NCBI GenBank assembly: GCA_050331735.1
Contig: JBHJGN010000004.1
Span: 64,001-128,000, forward strand
DNA from: Cyanophyceae cyanobacterium
GTDB taxonomy: Bacteria; Cyanobacteriota; Cyanobacteriia; Cyanobacteriales; JBHJGN01
Direction: 5' to 3'
DNA length: 64,000 nt
The translations under genes were made by a program, and so were the position numbers. Position 1 is the first letter of the stretch, and the number at the start of each line of letters is the position of its first letter. Below the pieces are notes generated by a model, which was given only the letters and a program-made list of their open reading frames with translations, ran no database searches and was not told the origin of the DNA. Below, in pieces: positions 38,671-49,736 of the stretch.

Positions 38671-39008
38671 CTGTTTTCCCTTTTTAGCTTAACGTTTTTT
38701 CCCCGTAGCTGAGCAGGAAGGCGCGATCGCCATCGAGGATGAAAATAGGCTGGCGCAGAAAGCTACAATTGATGGAAAGCGGATCAGGCTTCATGGGCAT
38801 CTCGCTCAGCGCTGACGCTAGATAAAAGCGTTAATCGCTCCTGCCAAGAGCGCTGCTGGTAATGGCGGTGATTGTCCTGTGCTCGACCTCGACTCAACAG
38901 TTCGTCCGAGCGGCAACACCTCTTAAAATAGGGCGGAAACCACCAAATTTTCTGCCATTTGAAGAACCGCTGACAAAATCCTCTTGCCAATATCGCTGTT
39001 AAATACCT

Positions 39009-40634
39009 ATGACCGCTGAATTTCAAGCAGAATTAGAACAGGCCGTTACTCATCGCCGTAACTTTGCGATTATTTCTCACCCGGACGCGGGCAAAACAAC
39101 CTTAACAGAAAAACTCTTGCTCTACGGAGGTGCTATTCACCAAGCGGGAGCCGTCAAAGCTCGGCGGGCGCAGCGGCAAGCGACCTCCGACTGGATGAAA
39201 ATGGAGCAGCAGCGGGGGATTTCGATTACGTCTACCGTCCTTCAGTTTGACTACGAAGATTTCCAGATCAACCTCCTGGATACGCCGGGACACCAAGATT
39301 TTAGTGAAGACACCTATCGCACTCTCGCCGCCGCCGACAATGCGGTGATGTTAATTGATGCCGCCAATGGCTTAGAAACCCAGACGCGCAAGCTGTTTGA
39401 AGTCTGTCGGCTGCGTGCTCTGCCGATTTTTACCTTTGTTAATAAGCTAGACCGACCGGGACGAGAACCGCTAGAGCTGCTCGACGAGATTGAACAGGAG
39501 TTAGGGCTACAAACCTACGCTGTCAACTGGCCAATTGGCATGGGTGATCGCTTTAAGGGCGTATTTGATAGACCCAATCAGCAGATCCACCTGTTTGAAC
39601 GACGCGCTCACGGAAGCCAGGAAGCTACCAATACGATTATTGACCTGGGCGATCCGAGAATTGAAGAATTTTTAGAACAAGACCTCTATTATCAACTGAA
39701 AGAGGACTTAGAAATTTTAGAAGAATTAGGAGCCGATCTGGATCTAGAGGAAGTCCACGCAGGTCGCATGACTCCGGTATTTTTCGGCAGTGCTATGACC
39801 AACTTTGGCGTAGAGCTATTCCTGACGCACTTCCTCAATTATGCCCTCAAACCAGAAGGCAGAAACTCTTCAATTGGTCAAGTGCCTCCCACCGCGATCG
39901 ATTTCAGCGGCTTTGTGTTCAAGCTTCAGGCTAATATGGACCCCAAGCACCGCGATCGCGTGGCGTTTATCCGCGTCTGTACCGGAAAATTTGAAAAAGA
40001 CATGACGGTGAGCCATGCCCGCACCGGGAAAACGGTCCGCCTCTCTCGACCGCAGAAGCTCTTTGCTCAAGGACGGGAATCTTTAGCTGTCGCCTATCCA
40101 GGAGATGTCATCGGCTTGAACAATCCGGGCGTGTTTGCCATTGGCGATACAATTTATAACGGCCAAAAACTTGAATACGAAGGCATTCCCTGCTTCTCGC
40201 CGGAACTGTTTGCTTACCTCAAAAATCCCAATCCTTCTAAATTTAAGCAGTTCCAAAAAGGCATCCAGGAGCTGCGCGAAGAGGGAGCCGTGCAGATTAT
40301 GTACTCTACCGACGAATTTAAGCGCGACCCAATTCTAGCAGCGGTGGGTCAGCTTCAGTTTGAGGTGGTGCAGTTTCGGATGCTCAACGAGTATAACGTT
40401 GAAACTCGCCTAGAACCCCTCCGTTACAGCGTGGCTCGCTGGGTCGAAGGCGGGTGGCAAGCCCTAGAAAAAGCCGGACGACTGTTCAACACCATTACAG
40501 TCAAAGATAACTGGGAGCGTCCCGTGCTGCTGTTTAGAAACGAATGGAACGTCCAGCAGATTGTGGGCGATCATCCAGAACTTAAGCTCAGTGCGATCGC
40601 CCCAGTGGGAGCGGGAATTGAGCCAGAAAAATAA
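39009..40634 (+). CDS. prfC: Peptide chain release factor 3
   Basis: [35 protein letters not shown]. Confidence 0.97.
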   Translation: MTAEFQAELEQAVTHRRNFAIISHPDAGKTTLTEKLLLYGGAIHQAGAVKARRAQRQATSDWMKMEQQRGISITSTVLQFDYEDFQINLLDTPGHQDFSEDTYRTLAAADNAVMLIDAANGLETQTRKLFEVCRLRALPIFTFVNKLDRPGREPLELLDEIEQELGLQTYAVNWPIGMGDRFKGVFDRPNQQIHLFERRAHGSQEATNTIIDLGDPRIEEFLEQDLYYQLKEDLEILEELGADLDLEEVHAGRMTPVFFGSAMTNFGVELFLTHFLNYALKPEGRNSSIGQVPPTAIDFSGFVFKLQANMDPKHRDRVAFIRVCTGKFEKDMTVSHARTGKTVRLSRPQKLFAQGRESLAVAYPGDVIGLNNPGVFAIGDTIYNGQKLEYEGIPCFSPELFAYLKNPNPSKFKQFQKGIQELREEGAVQIMYSTDEFKRDPILAAVGQLQFEVVQFRMLNEYNVETRLEPLRYSVARWVEGGWQALEKAGRLFNTITVKDNWERPVLLFRNEWNVQQIVGDHPELKLSAIAPVGAGIEPEK

Positions 40635-40713
40635 GCCAGTTGGCGATCGCTCATTTGTCCTTTTAATTTGTTGTCAACTAAAATTACGGCCCTATCTTTA
40701 CTGAGCAACCCTA

Positions 40714-41286
40714 ATGATTACCACTAAACGGCTGATGACCTTAGAGGAGTATCTCGACTACGACGATGGGACAGATACTCGTTACGAGCTAGTGAATGGG
40801 GAGTTAAGACAAGTGCCAACAGAGAGCGATATCAATGTTTTAATCGCGGTGGCATTGTTAGTTCAATTTTCGCGCTTTTTACCCCCGACACGGTTGCGCC
40901 ACAAAACAGAAATAGCTGTTAGTGGCTATCGAGTGACAACGCGGATTCCTGACCTAACGGTGCTGAGCGAAGAACTGGCACAAGCTTTAGCTCAAGCTAA
41001 GCGTAGCGTTGTGATGCCGGATATGCCACCTCCTGAATTAGTGGTAGAAGTTGTTTCGCCAGGAAGAGAAAATCAGGAGCGGGACTACCGCTATAAGCGC
41101 TCTGAGTACGCAGCCAGAGGAATTCAGGAATACTGGATTATCGATCCTCAGCAGGCTCGCGTGACGGTTTTAACTTTAGTCTCTGGCATGTACGAAGAAG
41201 CCGTTTTTGCCGGCGATCACGTGATCGCTTCTCTCGTCTTGCCAGAACTTGATTTAACGGCTACACAGGTTTTACAGCCTGAGTAA
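40714..41286 (+). CDS. Uma2 family putative endonuclease
   Basis: [40 protein letters not shown]. Confidence 0.9.
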   Translation: MITTKRLMTLEEYLDYDDGTDTRYELVNGELRQVPTESDINVLIAVALLVQFSRFLPPTRLRHKTEIAVSGYRVTTRIPDLTVLSEELAQALAQAKRSVVMPDMPPPELVVEVVSPGRENQERDYRYKRSEYAARGIQEYWIIDPQQARVTVLTLVSGMYEEAVFAGDHVIASLVLPELDLTATQVLQPE

Positions 41287-41309
41287 CGGCAACCCACAAG
41301 GCGAACACC

Positions 41310-41798
41310 ATGAAAACGCTTGTAGGAGTGATGGGACCGGGAGACCAGGCTACGGCTGCGGACGTTGAAAACGCTTACCAGCTTGGAATTTTAGTAGCAC
41401 AGCAGGGATGGGTTCTGCTCACCGGAGGTCGCAACGTAGGTGTCATGGATGCAGCCAGTCGAGGCGCTAAGGCAGCGGGAGGGGTAACTGTCGGCATTTT
41501 GCCAACCTCCGCTCCAGAAATCGTCTCAGAAGCGGTAGATATTACCATCGTGACCGATATGGGCAATGCTCGCAACAATATTAATGTACTCTCCTGCCAG
41601 TTAATGATTGCCTGCGGGATGGGAGCCGGAACCGCTTCAGAAGTTGCTCTGGCAATTAAGAATCATAAGCCCGTTATTCTCCTCAGCGAACATCAGGAAA
41701 GCCAGCGATTTTTCACAGGATTAGCAAAAAAGTCTGTTTTTCTTGCTAATTGTCCTCACGAAGCGATCGCATTAGCAATCAGGCTTGTCGCCAATTAA
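41310..41798 (+). CDS. TIGR00725/LOG-family Rossmann protein
   Basis: LLTGGRNVGVMDAASRGAK, GNARNNINVLS, GTASEVALA. Confidence 0.85.
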   Translation: MKTLVGVMGPGDQATAADVENAYQLGILVAQQGWVLLTGGRNVGVMDAASRGAKAAGGVTVGILPTSAPEIVSEAVDITIVTDMGNARNNINVLSCQLMIACGMGAGTASEVALAIKNHKPVILLSEHQESQRFFTGLAKKSVFLANCPHEAIALAIRLVAN

Positions 41799-41811
41799 GT
41801 TCGATCGCTGG

Positions 41812-42165
41812 TCAAGGAAATCGGCACGTTACCCGACCTAAAACTTGTTTGCAGGATACAGCACCGAAGGAACGACTATCTGTACTTTCTAGAGAATTAT
41901 CGCCTTTGAGGTAGCAGCCATCTTCTAACACCGCAACAACGCGCTTGATGAGGCGTAGCTGCGGCTGCTGAGGATGCTGCGCAACAACAAGATCGTTGAT
42001 GGTAGGAGGTTGCTTTCTGTAGGCTTGTGGGTCGAGTAAAACTTCGTCTCCTGGCTTAAGCAGGGGAAACATCGACATTCCCGTAATCCGAAACCGCTGT
42101 CGTCGTCTCAGTAGCCAAAGCAACAAGTCCCAAGCACGACTGCTCCTAAGTTGGTCATGACTCAT
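41812..42165 (-). CDS. sodX: Nickel SOD maturation protease
   Basis: S26-type G.SM.P.L, LIKRV, GDN...STDSRSFG; adjacent to sodN. Confidence 0.9.
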   Translation of the reverse strand: MSHDQLRSSRAWDLLLWLLRRRQRFRITGMSMFPLLKPGDEVLLDPQAYRKQPPTINDLVVAQHPQQPQLRLIKRVVAVLEDGCYLKGDNSLESTDSRSFGAVSCKQVLGRVTCRFP

Positions 42166-42225
42166 CGGTGACTAATGACAGACATAACCCACTGATTCGT
42201 CTGCTCAATTGGTATTAAAGCACAA

Positions 42226-42262
42226 ACGAGCTTCTGTGCCCTCAAAGACTTTAGAAGCTCGT
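42226..42262. terminator. Stem-loop between sodN and sodX
   Basis: ACGAGCTTCT...AGAAGCTCGT. Confidence 0.45.
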
Positions 42263-42296
42263 CGTCCTACTTAATCATTCAGTCAGTTATTCAAAA

Positions 42297-42770
42297 CTAG
42301 CTAGCCTTGTACCATTCAACGTCACGATTCTTGGTAGCCCAGAACATTTGATGAATCTTGTGTACCGACTCCATCAGTTCATTGGCGTGGTCCATGTTAA
42401 CTTCTACTTTGCAAGCAGAACAAAGCTTCGCCGTTTTCCAGAAAGTATCGTGAAGGTCAGGATATTGTTCTAGGTGTTGAGGCTTAAAGTAGTCAGTCCA
42501 GAGGATCAGAATTTCATCTTTTGCCTTCTGTGCCTGTTCTTCTTTGATGGCGACGTATCGAGAGAAGGTATTGTTGTAGGCGATCGTGGCTTCTTTGTTG
42601 CTGGGATCGGGAATCTCTAGCTCAAGAAGCTTCTTCGTCATCGAAACAACAGCCTCAGCGTTAATTCTGGCAGCCGAAGGATCGTAAACACCGCAGGGAC
42701 CATCGCAGTGAGCGCTGACTTCCGGTGCTGGAAACCACTTTTGAATTTTGGCGATCGCTTTTTTGAGCAT
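42297..42770 (-). CDS. sodN: Nickel superoxide dismutase precursor
   Basis: Leader followed by the Ni-hook HCDGPCGVYDP; LWTDYFK. Confidence 0.97.
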   Translation of the reverse strand: MLKKAIAKIQKWFPAPEVSAHCDGPCGVYDPSAARINAEAVVSMTKKLLELEIPDPSNKEATIAYNNTFSRYVAIKEEQAQKAKDEILILWTDYFKPQHLEQYPDLHDTFWKTAKLCSACKVEVNMDHANELMESVHKIHQMFWATKNRDVEWYKAS

Positions 42771-42853
42771 AGTATTAATTAAATAATTGATGTAGGTTGA
42801 CGGATATTTAGAGTAAAATCACTCAGATTAGAACATGGTCAAAAGGGGATAAG

Positions 42854-42871
42854 TTTAACTTGCCTGTTAAA
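42854..42871. promoter_or_regulatory. Candidate SufR-type operator upstream of sodN
   Basis: Palindrome TTTAAC-TTGCCT-GTTAAA, resembling the cyanobacterial SufR box CAAC-N6-GTTG. Confidence 0.5.
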
Positions 42872-42947
42872 GTCGGCAATGTGTATCCTATCCCCCCCCA
42901 TACCATATAAATAGTAGTGTTATTGCAGTTTTCGTGCAACTAAGAAT

Positions 42948-43598
42948 CTATTGAACTGAAGAAATGAGATAAGCGCAACGGCGATCGCCTGCTAAGAGAT
43001 GCTCCACTCGCTCCACGCTCACCTCAGCTCCCAGCAACTTCTGAAAGACTTCCCATTCGGAACTGCAAAGCCGAGGGCATTTTTGCGCTGCTGTACAGAT
43101 TGAGCAATGGTTTTCAATCAGAAGCAGAGCGTGATCGGGTTGCTCAATGACTTCTGCCATATACCCCTCCTCAGAACGAATTTGGGCCAGTTCTGCTACA
43201 CGCTCCTGCCAACTCTTTTCCTCTGATAACCTTGCCGAATAAGCATCAACGATTGAACGAAAGCGCTGTGAGAGCACCGTTTCAAGACCATCCTCGCCAT
43301 AGACTTCTCTCACTCCTTCTAAAAGTTTGACGACTAGATCGGCATGCGCGTTTGGAAATAACTGATTCCCTTTTTGGGTGAGTTGCCAGAGTTTAACGGG
43401 ACGACCAACCGGTTGACGCTCTTGTTCGTAAGTAATCAACTGCTCTGACTTCAAAGCTTGCAAGTGTTGGCGAACTGCCATTGGCGATATCTGTAAATAT
43501 TCCGCCATCGCGGTTGCCGTTTGTGGTCCTTTTATTTTCAGTAAATGCAGGATTTGGTCTTTGATTTTGAGGTTGTCTGCCGTGGCAAACTTATTCAT
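42948..43598 (-). CDS. SufR-like HTH regulator with C-terminal Cys cluster
   Basis: ISPMAVRQHLQAL, GRP..LWQLT, EGYMAE, ENHCSICTAAQKCPRLC...RRCAY. Confidence 0.85.
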   Translation of the reverse strand: MNKFATADNLKIKDQILHLLKIKGPQTATAMAEYLQISPMAVRQHLQALKSEQLITYEQERQPVGRPVKLWQLTQKGNQLFPNAHADLVVKLLEGVREVYGEDGLETVLSQRFRSIVDAYSARLSEEKSWQERVAELAQIRSEEGYMAEVIEQPDHALLLIENHCSICTAAQKCPRLCSSEWEVFQKLLGAEVSVERVEHLLAGDRRCAYLISSVQ

Positions 43599-43804
43599 TG
43601 TTAACGCTGTTCTGAGTAAGCACCAGCTTGATTCACGCTCAGAGAAAGCTTGCCTGTCTACAACAGACGAGGAGGTTAAACATCTAAAGAAATTTCAGAT
43701 GTAGCCCCCGGGCTTTCACGAACTTCTTCAAGTCTGGCCTGTTTGCATCTTGTTTTACATTTAACAAGATCTTAATCTTCATCGCCAGTTTTGCTCCGAC
43801 GCTA

Positions 43805-43832
43805 AAGGACACGATCCCGAGATCGTGTCCTT
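43805..43832. terminator. 12-bp hairpin downstream of sodA
   Basis: AAGGACACGATC-CCGA-GATCGTGTCCTT. Confidence 0.55.
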
Positions 43833-43878
43833 GCATGAGGGGCATTTGCTCCGACAATAGCTGTTAACAATCAACCAA

Positions 43879-44490
43879 TTAGCTTACCTGTGCATAGCGC
43901 TCGTTCACAGCGTCCCAGTTTACGGTATTCCACCACTGCTTGAGATACTCAGCTCGCTTGTTCTGATACTTAAGGTAGTAAGCATGTTCCCAAACATCGT
44001 TACCCATGATGGGAAAGTGCCCATCTGTCCAGGGATTATCTTGATTGGGCGTACTGGTGACTGCGAGTTTGCCATCACTGGTACGTACTAACCAAACAAA
44101 GCCACTACCAAATTGACCAGCACCAGCATCATTAAACTGGGTCTTGAAATTCTCAAAAGTTCCAAACGTATCATTGATGGCTTCGGCGATCGCCCCGGTG
44201 GGTTCGCCCCCGCCATTAGATCCCATTAATGTCCAAAAAATTGAATGATTGAAGTGGCCGCCGCCATTATTGCGTACCGCAGTCTGAACCGACTCTGGCA
44301 GACTATTCAATTCCTTAATCAGTTCGTCAATACTTTTACTTTGCAGGTCTGAGTGAGATTCTAAAGCGTTATTAAGCTTGTTCACATACCCCCCATGATG
44401 CAGATCGTGGTGAATCTGCATCGTTTGCGCGTCGATGTAGGGTTCTAACGCATCGGGTGCATAGGGAAGATCGGGCAGTTGAAATGCCAT
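43879..44490 (-). CDS. sodA: Superoxide dismutase, Mn-type signature, soluble
   Basis: [37 protein letters not shown]; the GGG and NQD residues are Mn-type. Confidence 0.88.
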   Translation of the reverse strand: MAFQLPDLPYAPDALEPYIDAQTMQIHHDLHHGGYVNKLNNALESHSDLQSKSIDELIKELNSLPESVQTAVRNNGGGHFNHSIFWTLMGSNGGGEPTGAIAEAINDTFGTFENFKTQFNDAGAGQFGSGFVWLVRTSDGKLAVTSTPNQDNPWTDGHFPIMGNDVWEHAYYLKYQNKRAEYLKQWWNTVNWDAVNERYAQVS

Positions 44491-44999
44491 AAAGTTTATT
44501 TGAATTCTGCTTTCTATACATAATGCTATCAAAAGTTTTAATAGTTTCTTCTATCAAAAGTAAGATTGTGTTGTTGCCGGAGTCTCGGTTCGCGGTACTC
44601 TAAAGACAATATTTAGACAGCCGTATCGAAATGGGTGTGAGTTCGCGCGATGAACAGTCAGAAGCCCGCTATATCGAGATGACTGACGGGTTCTCTAAAC
44701 CGTGGCTCCTCGTTTAATGGCATCTTGCTAAGCTACAGGAGGAGCGATCGCAGCTAACCGCTGAAGAGTAGAGCCGTTAGCTAGCAGAAATTCACAGAGA
44801 CCTGGCAAACTTGGGTGAGTGGTGGCGCGGCTTGGAAAATGAGCTGTTTTAAAAAGTGGCCAAGTCAGCAGAACACCTCCGCCTCTCATCCCTTCTCTTA
44901 GTATTTTATTAACCGCCTTTTTACTGCCCCTTCGTTAAGAGCCATCTAAATAAAGAAGCGAGAAGAACAACATCTCCCAATCCTCTATAAGCTCTCACT

Positions 45000-47132
45000 A
45001 TGACTGAATCTAAAGTAGCGTCCCCAATAGATCTAAGCGACTCTCAGTACTACTTCAATCGCGAACTGAGCTGGCTAGAGTTTAATCATCGCGTTCTGCA
45101 CGAAGCCCTTGATGATCGGACTCCGCTGCTGGAACGGCTCAAATTTCTGTCCATCTTTAGCTCGAACTTAGACGAATTCTTTATGGTTCGGGTGGCTGGC
45201 TTGAAGCAACAGGTAGAAGCCGGGGTGACAAAATTAACGCCAGACGGTCGCTCTCCTTCCGCTCAGCTTCATGATATCAGTACTCTCCTGCGTCCGATGG
45301 TGGAAAAGCAGGACCAGCATTTTGAGTACGTGCTCAGGCCAAAACTGGCGCAGCAGGGAATTTATCTGATTAACTATGTAGACCTCAATCAAGAACAGCG
45401 CCAGTACCTGCACAATTACTTTGAAGACCACATTTTTCCCGTGCTCACTCCTTTAGCAGTCGATCCCAGCCATCCGTTTCCCTACATCTCTAATCTCAGC
45501 CTCAACCTTGCCGTTGTTGTCAAAGAACCAGAGACTAATAAAGAGCTGTTTGCTCGGCTTAAAGTTCCGAAGGTCTTGCCCCGGTTTGTCGTTTTACCGA
45601 CCGAAATAGCACAGCAGGAATCTACTTGGGTCGGCGTTCCCCTTGAACAGGTGATTACCCACAACCTCGAAGCCTTATTTCCAGGAATGAACATTCAGGA
45701 ATGTCATCCCTTTCGGATTACGCGCAACGCAGATCTAGCCGTAGAGGAAGATGAAGCAGACGATTTGCTGTTAGCTATCGAGCAAGGACTGCGTAAGCGG
45801 CGCGTTGGCGGTTCGGTCGTGCGCATGGAAATTCATACTTCGACTCCAGAAACTGTTCGCCAGACCCTTGTGCAGGAACTGAGCTTAACTGAAGATGACG
45901 TTTATGAAATTGAAGGACTCTTAGGACTCGGAGACCTGATGTCGTTTATGTCACTGCCGCTTCCAGATCTCAAAGATCCTCCTTGGACTCCGGTAGAGCC
46001 AACCTTTTTCGATCCGCCGACTGATTCTGATCTCAGCGATCGCGGGGGAGAGAGACAAACAGAAGACTTTTTCGCCCTCATGAAAAACTCCGATCGCCTC
46101 GTCCATCATCCTTATCATTCTTTTGCCGCGACCGTCCAGCAATTCATTACGCAAGCCGCTCACGATTCAGATGTGCTGGCCATTAAAATGACGCTTTACC
46201 GCACATCTGGAGATTCGCCGATTGTGAATGCCCTGATTGCCGCCGCCGAAAATGGCAAGCAAGTGGTGGCTTTAGTAGAACTCAAAGCTCGCTTTGATGA
46301 AGAAAACAACATCATTTGGGCAAGAAAGCTAGAACAATCGGGAGTCCATGTCGTTTACGGTCTGTCAGGACTCAAGACCCACACCAAAATTGCGCTGGTG
46401 GTGCGCCAAGAAGACAACCAGATTCGTCGCTATGTTCATATTGGCACCGGAAACTACAATCCAAAAACCGCGAAGCTATACACTGATTTGGGGATGTTCA
46501 GCGCTCAAGAAGAGTTAGGAGAAGATCTCACCGATTTGTTCAACTTCTTGACCGGGTATTCCCGACAGCGCTCCTACCGCCAACTCCTGGTAGCCCCCGT
46601 CAACTTGCGCGATCGCATGACAGCGATGATTTACCGAGAAATTGAACAGGTGCGTAACGGCGGTTCCGGTCGGATTGTGGCGAAAATGAACGCTCTGGTC
46701 GATCCTGATATTATTGCCGCACTGTACGAAGCATCTCAGGCAGGAGTCAAAATCGACCTCATCGTTCGTGGCATTTGCTGCCTGCGTCCCGGCGTAAAAA
46801 ACGTTAGCGAAACGATCCGCGTTGTTAGCATTATCGGGCGGTTTTTGGAACATTCTCGCATCTTTTATTTTTATAACGGCGGCAGCGAAGAAGTTTATAT
46901 TGGCAGTGCTGACTGGATGCCTCGCAATTTAGATCGGCGAGTAGAAGCCGTCACTCCGGTCATTAATTCGGGAATTATCAAAGATTTGCAGGAAATTCTT
47001 GGCATTATGCTCTCCGACAATCGGCAGGCCTGGGAGCTACAGGCTGACGGAACTTATATTCAAAGGAAACCGGAGGATGAGTTAGAACAGAGTACCCACA
47101 AGATTTTGATGGAGATGGCGCTGAAAGACTAG
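45000..47132 (+). CDS. ppk: Polyphosphate kinase 1
   Basis: NRELSWLEFN, LDEFFMVRVAGL, HHPY, ELKARFDEENNI, GTGNYN, RFLEHSR. Confidence 0.97.
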   Translation: MTESKVASPIDLSDSQYYFNRELSWLEFNHRVLHEALDDRTPLLERLKFLSIFSSNLDEFFMVRVAGLKQQVEAGVTKLTPDGRSPSAQLHDISTLLRPMVEKQDQHFEYVLRPKLAQQGIYLINYVDLNQEQRQYLHNYFEDHIFPVLTPLAVDPSHPFPYISNLSLNLAVVVKEPETNKELFARLKVPKVLPRFVVLPTEIAQQESTWVGVPLEQVITHNLEALFPGMNIQECHPFRITRNADLAVEEDEADDLLLAIEQGLRKRRVGGSVVRMEIHTSTPETVRQTLVQELSLTEDDVYEIEGLLGLGDLMSFMSLPLPDLKDPPWTPVEPTFFDPPTDSDLSDRGGERQTEDFFALMKNSDRLVHHPYHSFAATVQQFITQAAHDSDVLAIKMTLYRTSGDSPIVNALIAAAENGKQVVALVELKARFDEENNIIWARKLEQSGVHVVYGLSGLKTHTKIALVVRQEDNQIRRYVHIGTGNYNPKTAKLYTDLGMFSAQEELGEDLTDLFNFLTGYSRQRSYRQLLVAPVNLRDRMTAMIYREIEQVRNGGSGRIVAKMNALVDPDIIAALYEASQAGVKIDLIVRGICCLRPGVKNVSETIRVVSIIGRFLEHSRIFYFYNGGSEEVYIGSADWMPRNLDRRVEAVTPVINSGIIKDLQEILGIMLSDNRQAWELQADGTYIQRKPEDELEQSTHKILMEMALKD

Positions 47133-47240
47133 CTCGTTAGTCTTTGAGAAGAAACGCTTTCGAGGCGAGAACAGGAAAGAATTGCCGACCGGTTATCCTT
47201 TGCTCCGCTAAACGCCACTATCTAATTTATAGGCAGAAGC

Positions 47241-47732
47241 TTAAGGAATCTCAATTAGTTCTGAGTTTGTATACAGCTCAATGCCCCAGCGACCTTCAGT
47301 GCCGACTTCAAAAGCAATGGTAGAGCCATCGGCGCTCATGGTTGGGTTACGCACTTCTGCCTGAAGATTAGCGGTGAGGTTGCGCTTCTGCTGGGTTTCG
47401 CGATCGTATAAATAAATTCCCGTTTTGCCATCGACAATGGCGGCAAACACAATCCAGCGGCCATCTTCTGTAATCGCCGGATGGGAGGCGATCGCATCCA
47501 AGGAATTAAGTCCGGGGAGGTCGAGCAACCGCCGCTCTTGAGTATCAAATAGATAAATCTCCTGAGACCCCTTGCGTTCAGAGACAAACACGAGATATTG
47601 AGCCGCAATTTGAGGAGCCGATTCAGAGGCAGGACTGTTTAAGCCTCGTCCAGATTCAAGTGACAGGCTTGGATAGCTATGACAGCTACTGAGAACGATA
47701 GCTGTGAAAATCGCTACGATTAACCGCTTCAC
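47241..47732 (-). CDS. TolB-like (PD40 repeat) lipoprotein
   Basis: Lipobox LSSC; FVSERKGSQEIYL, HPAITEDGRWIVF, PTMSADG. Confidence 0.75.
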   Translation of the reverse strand: MKRLIVAIFTAIVLSSCHSYPSLSLESGRGLNSPASESAPQIAAQYLVFVSERKGSQEIYLFDTQERRLLDLPGLNSLDAIASHPAITEDGRWIVFAAIVDGKTGIYLYDRETQQKRNLTANLQAEVRNPTMSADGSTIAFEVGTEGRWGIELYTNSELIEIP

Positions 47733-48301
47733 GACTCAGGGTTCACGCTCAAGCTTCCGTCAGCAATATCTAATTCAATGTTGGGTCCACGGTCGATCAC
47801 GGCAATGTCCCACTGTCCCTGTCGAACTGTCTCGAACACAATGTAGCGTCCATCAGGACTAATGCGGGGATGCCTTACTACCCGACGCGAACCCGCAGTC
47901 AGCCTTTTTCCTCGCTCCGCAAGTCGGTCGTACAAAAAAATTTCTGGGCGGCCTTCAGGACTGGTAATGTACACTAGGTAGCGACCCGTGCGACTCAAGC
48001 TTGGACTTTCGATCGGTCCTTGCGGATGGAGTTGAGGCGCGATTAGCTGTCGATTTTTAACATCGTATAGGGTCAGGGAATTCCGGCGATCGCGATTAGA
48101 AATAAACGCCAGCAGTTGCCCATCTCCACTCAAGGCGGGCTGTTCATCGTGGTAGCGGTTTGCTATCTTCACGCTCGGCACAACGGTTGCTGAGCTACAG
48201 GCGGAGAGAAACACAATCACAGCGCCAATTCCCCATAGCCATCGATGGGAAGGTCGTGGAACGGTCATGACTGCTAAAATTTGCCACACACAAAATGCCA
48301 T
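47729..48301 (-). CDS. TolB-like (PD40 repeat) lipoprotein; start uncertain
   Basis: LSAC lipobox; PALSGDG, PSLSRTGRY, PRISPDGRYIVFE. Confidence 0.75.
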   Translation of the reverse strand: MAFCVWQILAVMTVPRPSHRWLWGIGAVIVFLSACSSATVVPSVKIANRYHDEQPALSGDGQLLAFISNRDRRNSLTLYDVKNRQLIAPQLHPQGPIESPSLSRTGRYLVYITSPEGRPEIFLYDRLAERGKRLTAGSRRVVRHPRISPDGRYIVFETVRQGQWDIAVIDRGPNIELDIADGSLSVNPES

Positions 48302-48375
48302 TTTCCCGAGCAGTTTTCACTAGCGGAGAAGCAAGCCCTCTTGGAGAAGATCGAGCTGGAGCGTTTCAGCGATTA

Positions 48376-49188
48376 TTAATAGTCGAAGTTAAGGGAGGAG
48401 CCCCTTTCGTCGCGACCTTTTCCGGGCCCTTCTGTCTGATTCCGGCTTGGGCGGGCTTCAGCATCGCTAATCGGCTGATAATCTACATAATCCGCTGCCG
48501 TTGCCTCAGTGTCGGTACGAGCTAGCTGTGAATCCGTGGGGCGGGGTCGCCGTCGTCTAGATGTCGAACGCTCAGCAGGACGAGAACGGGAAGCACGATT
48601 CCGGTCTCCCCACTCTGCTTCTCCCCAGGCTGTCTGTTCGCTTGCCGGGGGCATTTTCGAGCGAGGGCGGCGGGAACTTTTACTTCCAGTTCTGGTTGGA
48701 TAGCGCTCTGCACTGCCGCGGGGTTTGGGTCGAGGCGCTTCGCTGTCGTACGCTGTGCGCCGGGACGAACGGGATTCTGGATATCCTCTCAGACGACGAT
48801 TATCGTACTCTTCCTCGGTGTCGTAAGGTTCTAGCTGGTCTAGTTCAGCACGATAAACTCGCACTCTATCGCCCACTGGGCGCTCCTCATCCACAATTGG
48901 CGTATTGCGCCGCGCTTGTTCCGTTGCTACTCCTCTTAAACGAATGGTTTCCACAGCAAAAAATACCGCTGCGCCCGTGAGTAGAAACTGTCCAAACTGC
49001 AAAATCGGATCGAGTCGCCAGCCCTGAAACAATAGAATAAAGCCGCACAGTAGCCCAACAGCGGCAAAAAAGATATCGTGATCTCTCGATAGCTCTGGGC
49101 GCACAGAGCGCAGAAAATACAGCGCTGCTCCGGCAACCGCTAAAAAAATTCCCAAGAGGCTAGCCGAGTTTAGACCAAAGTTTACCAT
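48376..49188 (-). CDS. ycf66: Ycf66 family protein
   Basis: LYFLRSVRPELSRDHDIFFAAVGLLCG.IL.FQGWRLDPILQF with a disordered Arg-rich tail. Confidence 0.92.
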   Translation of the reverse strand: MVNFGLNSASLLGIFLAVAGAALYFLRSVRPELSRDHDIFFAAVGLLCGFILLFQGWRLDPILQFGQFLLTGAAVFFAVETIRLRGVATEQARRNTPIVDEERPVGDRVRVYRAELDQLEPYDTEEEYDNRRLRGYPESRSSRRTAYDSEAPRPKPRGSAERYPTRTGSKSSRRPRSKMPPASEQTAWGEAEWGDRNRASRSRPAERSTSRRRRPRPTDSQLARTDTEATAADYVDYQPISDAEARPSRNQTEGPGKGRDERGSSLNFDY

Positions 49189-49326
49189 TACTGCTCTCCG
49201 TTCTCAGAATCCGAATCAGGGCGGGACTCTATTATATCTGCCTTAGCTACTAAATAGCTAGCTTCGCGGCAACGACCGGGCAAAATTTGGGGGCGAAGTC
49301 TGCTTCTCCAGACGCGACTCAAGGCT

Positions 49327-49345
49327 CCCCCTTGTGACAAGGGGG
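49327..49345 (-). terminator. Hairpin after psbX
   Basis: CCCCCTTGT-G-ACAAGGGGG. Confidence 0.5.
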
Positions 49346-49353
49346 CTGAGTGT

Positions 49354-49473
49354 TTAGTCGCGCTGAACCTTGTCTCTCTGACTAAAGACGATTAGAGCAA
49401 CAGTAGCGGGAATAACGACAATTAAAGTTCCTGCTAGGAGACTGTAAAAGAAGTTAAGCAAAGAAGGAGTCAT
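49354..49473 (-). CDS. psbX: Photosystem II protein PsbX
   Basis: MTPSLLNFFYSLLAGTLIVVIPATVALIVFSQRDKVQRD; start at 49473. Confidence 0.95.
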   Translation of the reverse strand: MTPSLLNFFYSLLAGTLIVVIPATVALIVFSQRDKVQRD

Positions 49474-49736
49474 GATGAACTTACCTTTTCTAAAATGAGC
49501 AGTTTGATAAAATTCTTTAACTATTTTAAAAGTTTTCTTCTTAAAAATGAAGAGAGATGGATAAATTGCTGCTGGCTGACGACTGCTTGGTGAAGCTAGC
49601 TGTCTGTTCTCGGACACAAATAGAAAGTTCAGGAGAGCTCGCGCTCCCGTTACAATGGAACTAGGCTTATTAATGTGGCCAATCGTAAACTTGGGCGCTA
49701 CGGCCTATGGCTCCTTGAGCGTCTCTCCATAACACC

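Noticed and set aside
42948..43598. Calling the regulator sufR itself
   Set aside because: No sufBCDS adjacent and the Cys region differs; treated as a paralogue
49474..49617. Extended 87-aa psbX ORF
   Set aside because: PsbX begins at MTPS (49473); upstream is AT-rich promoter sequence
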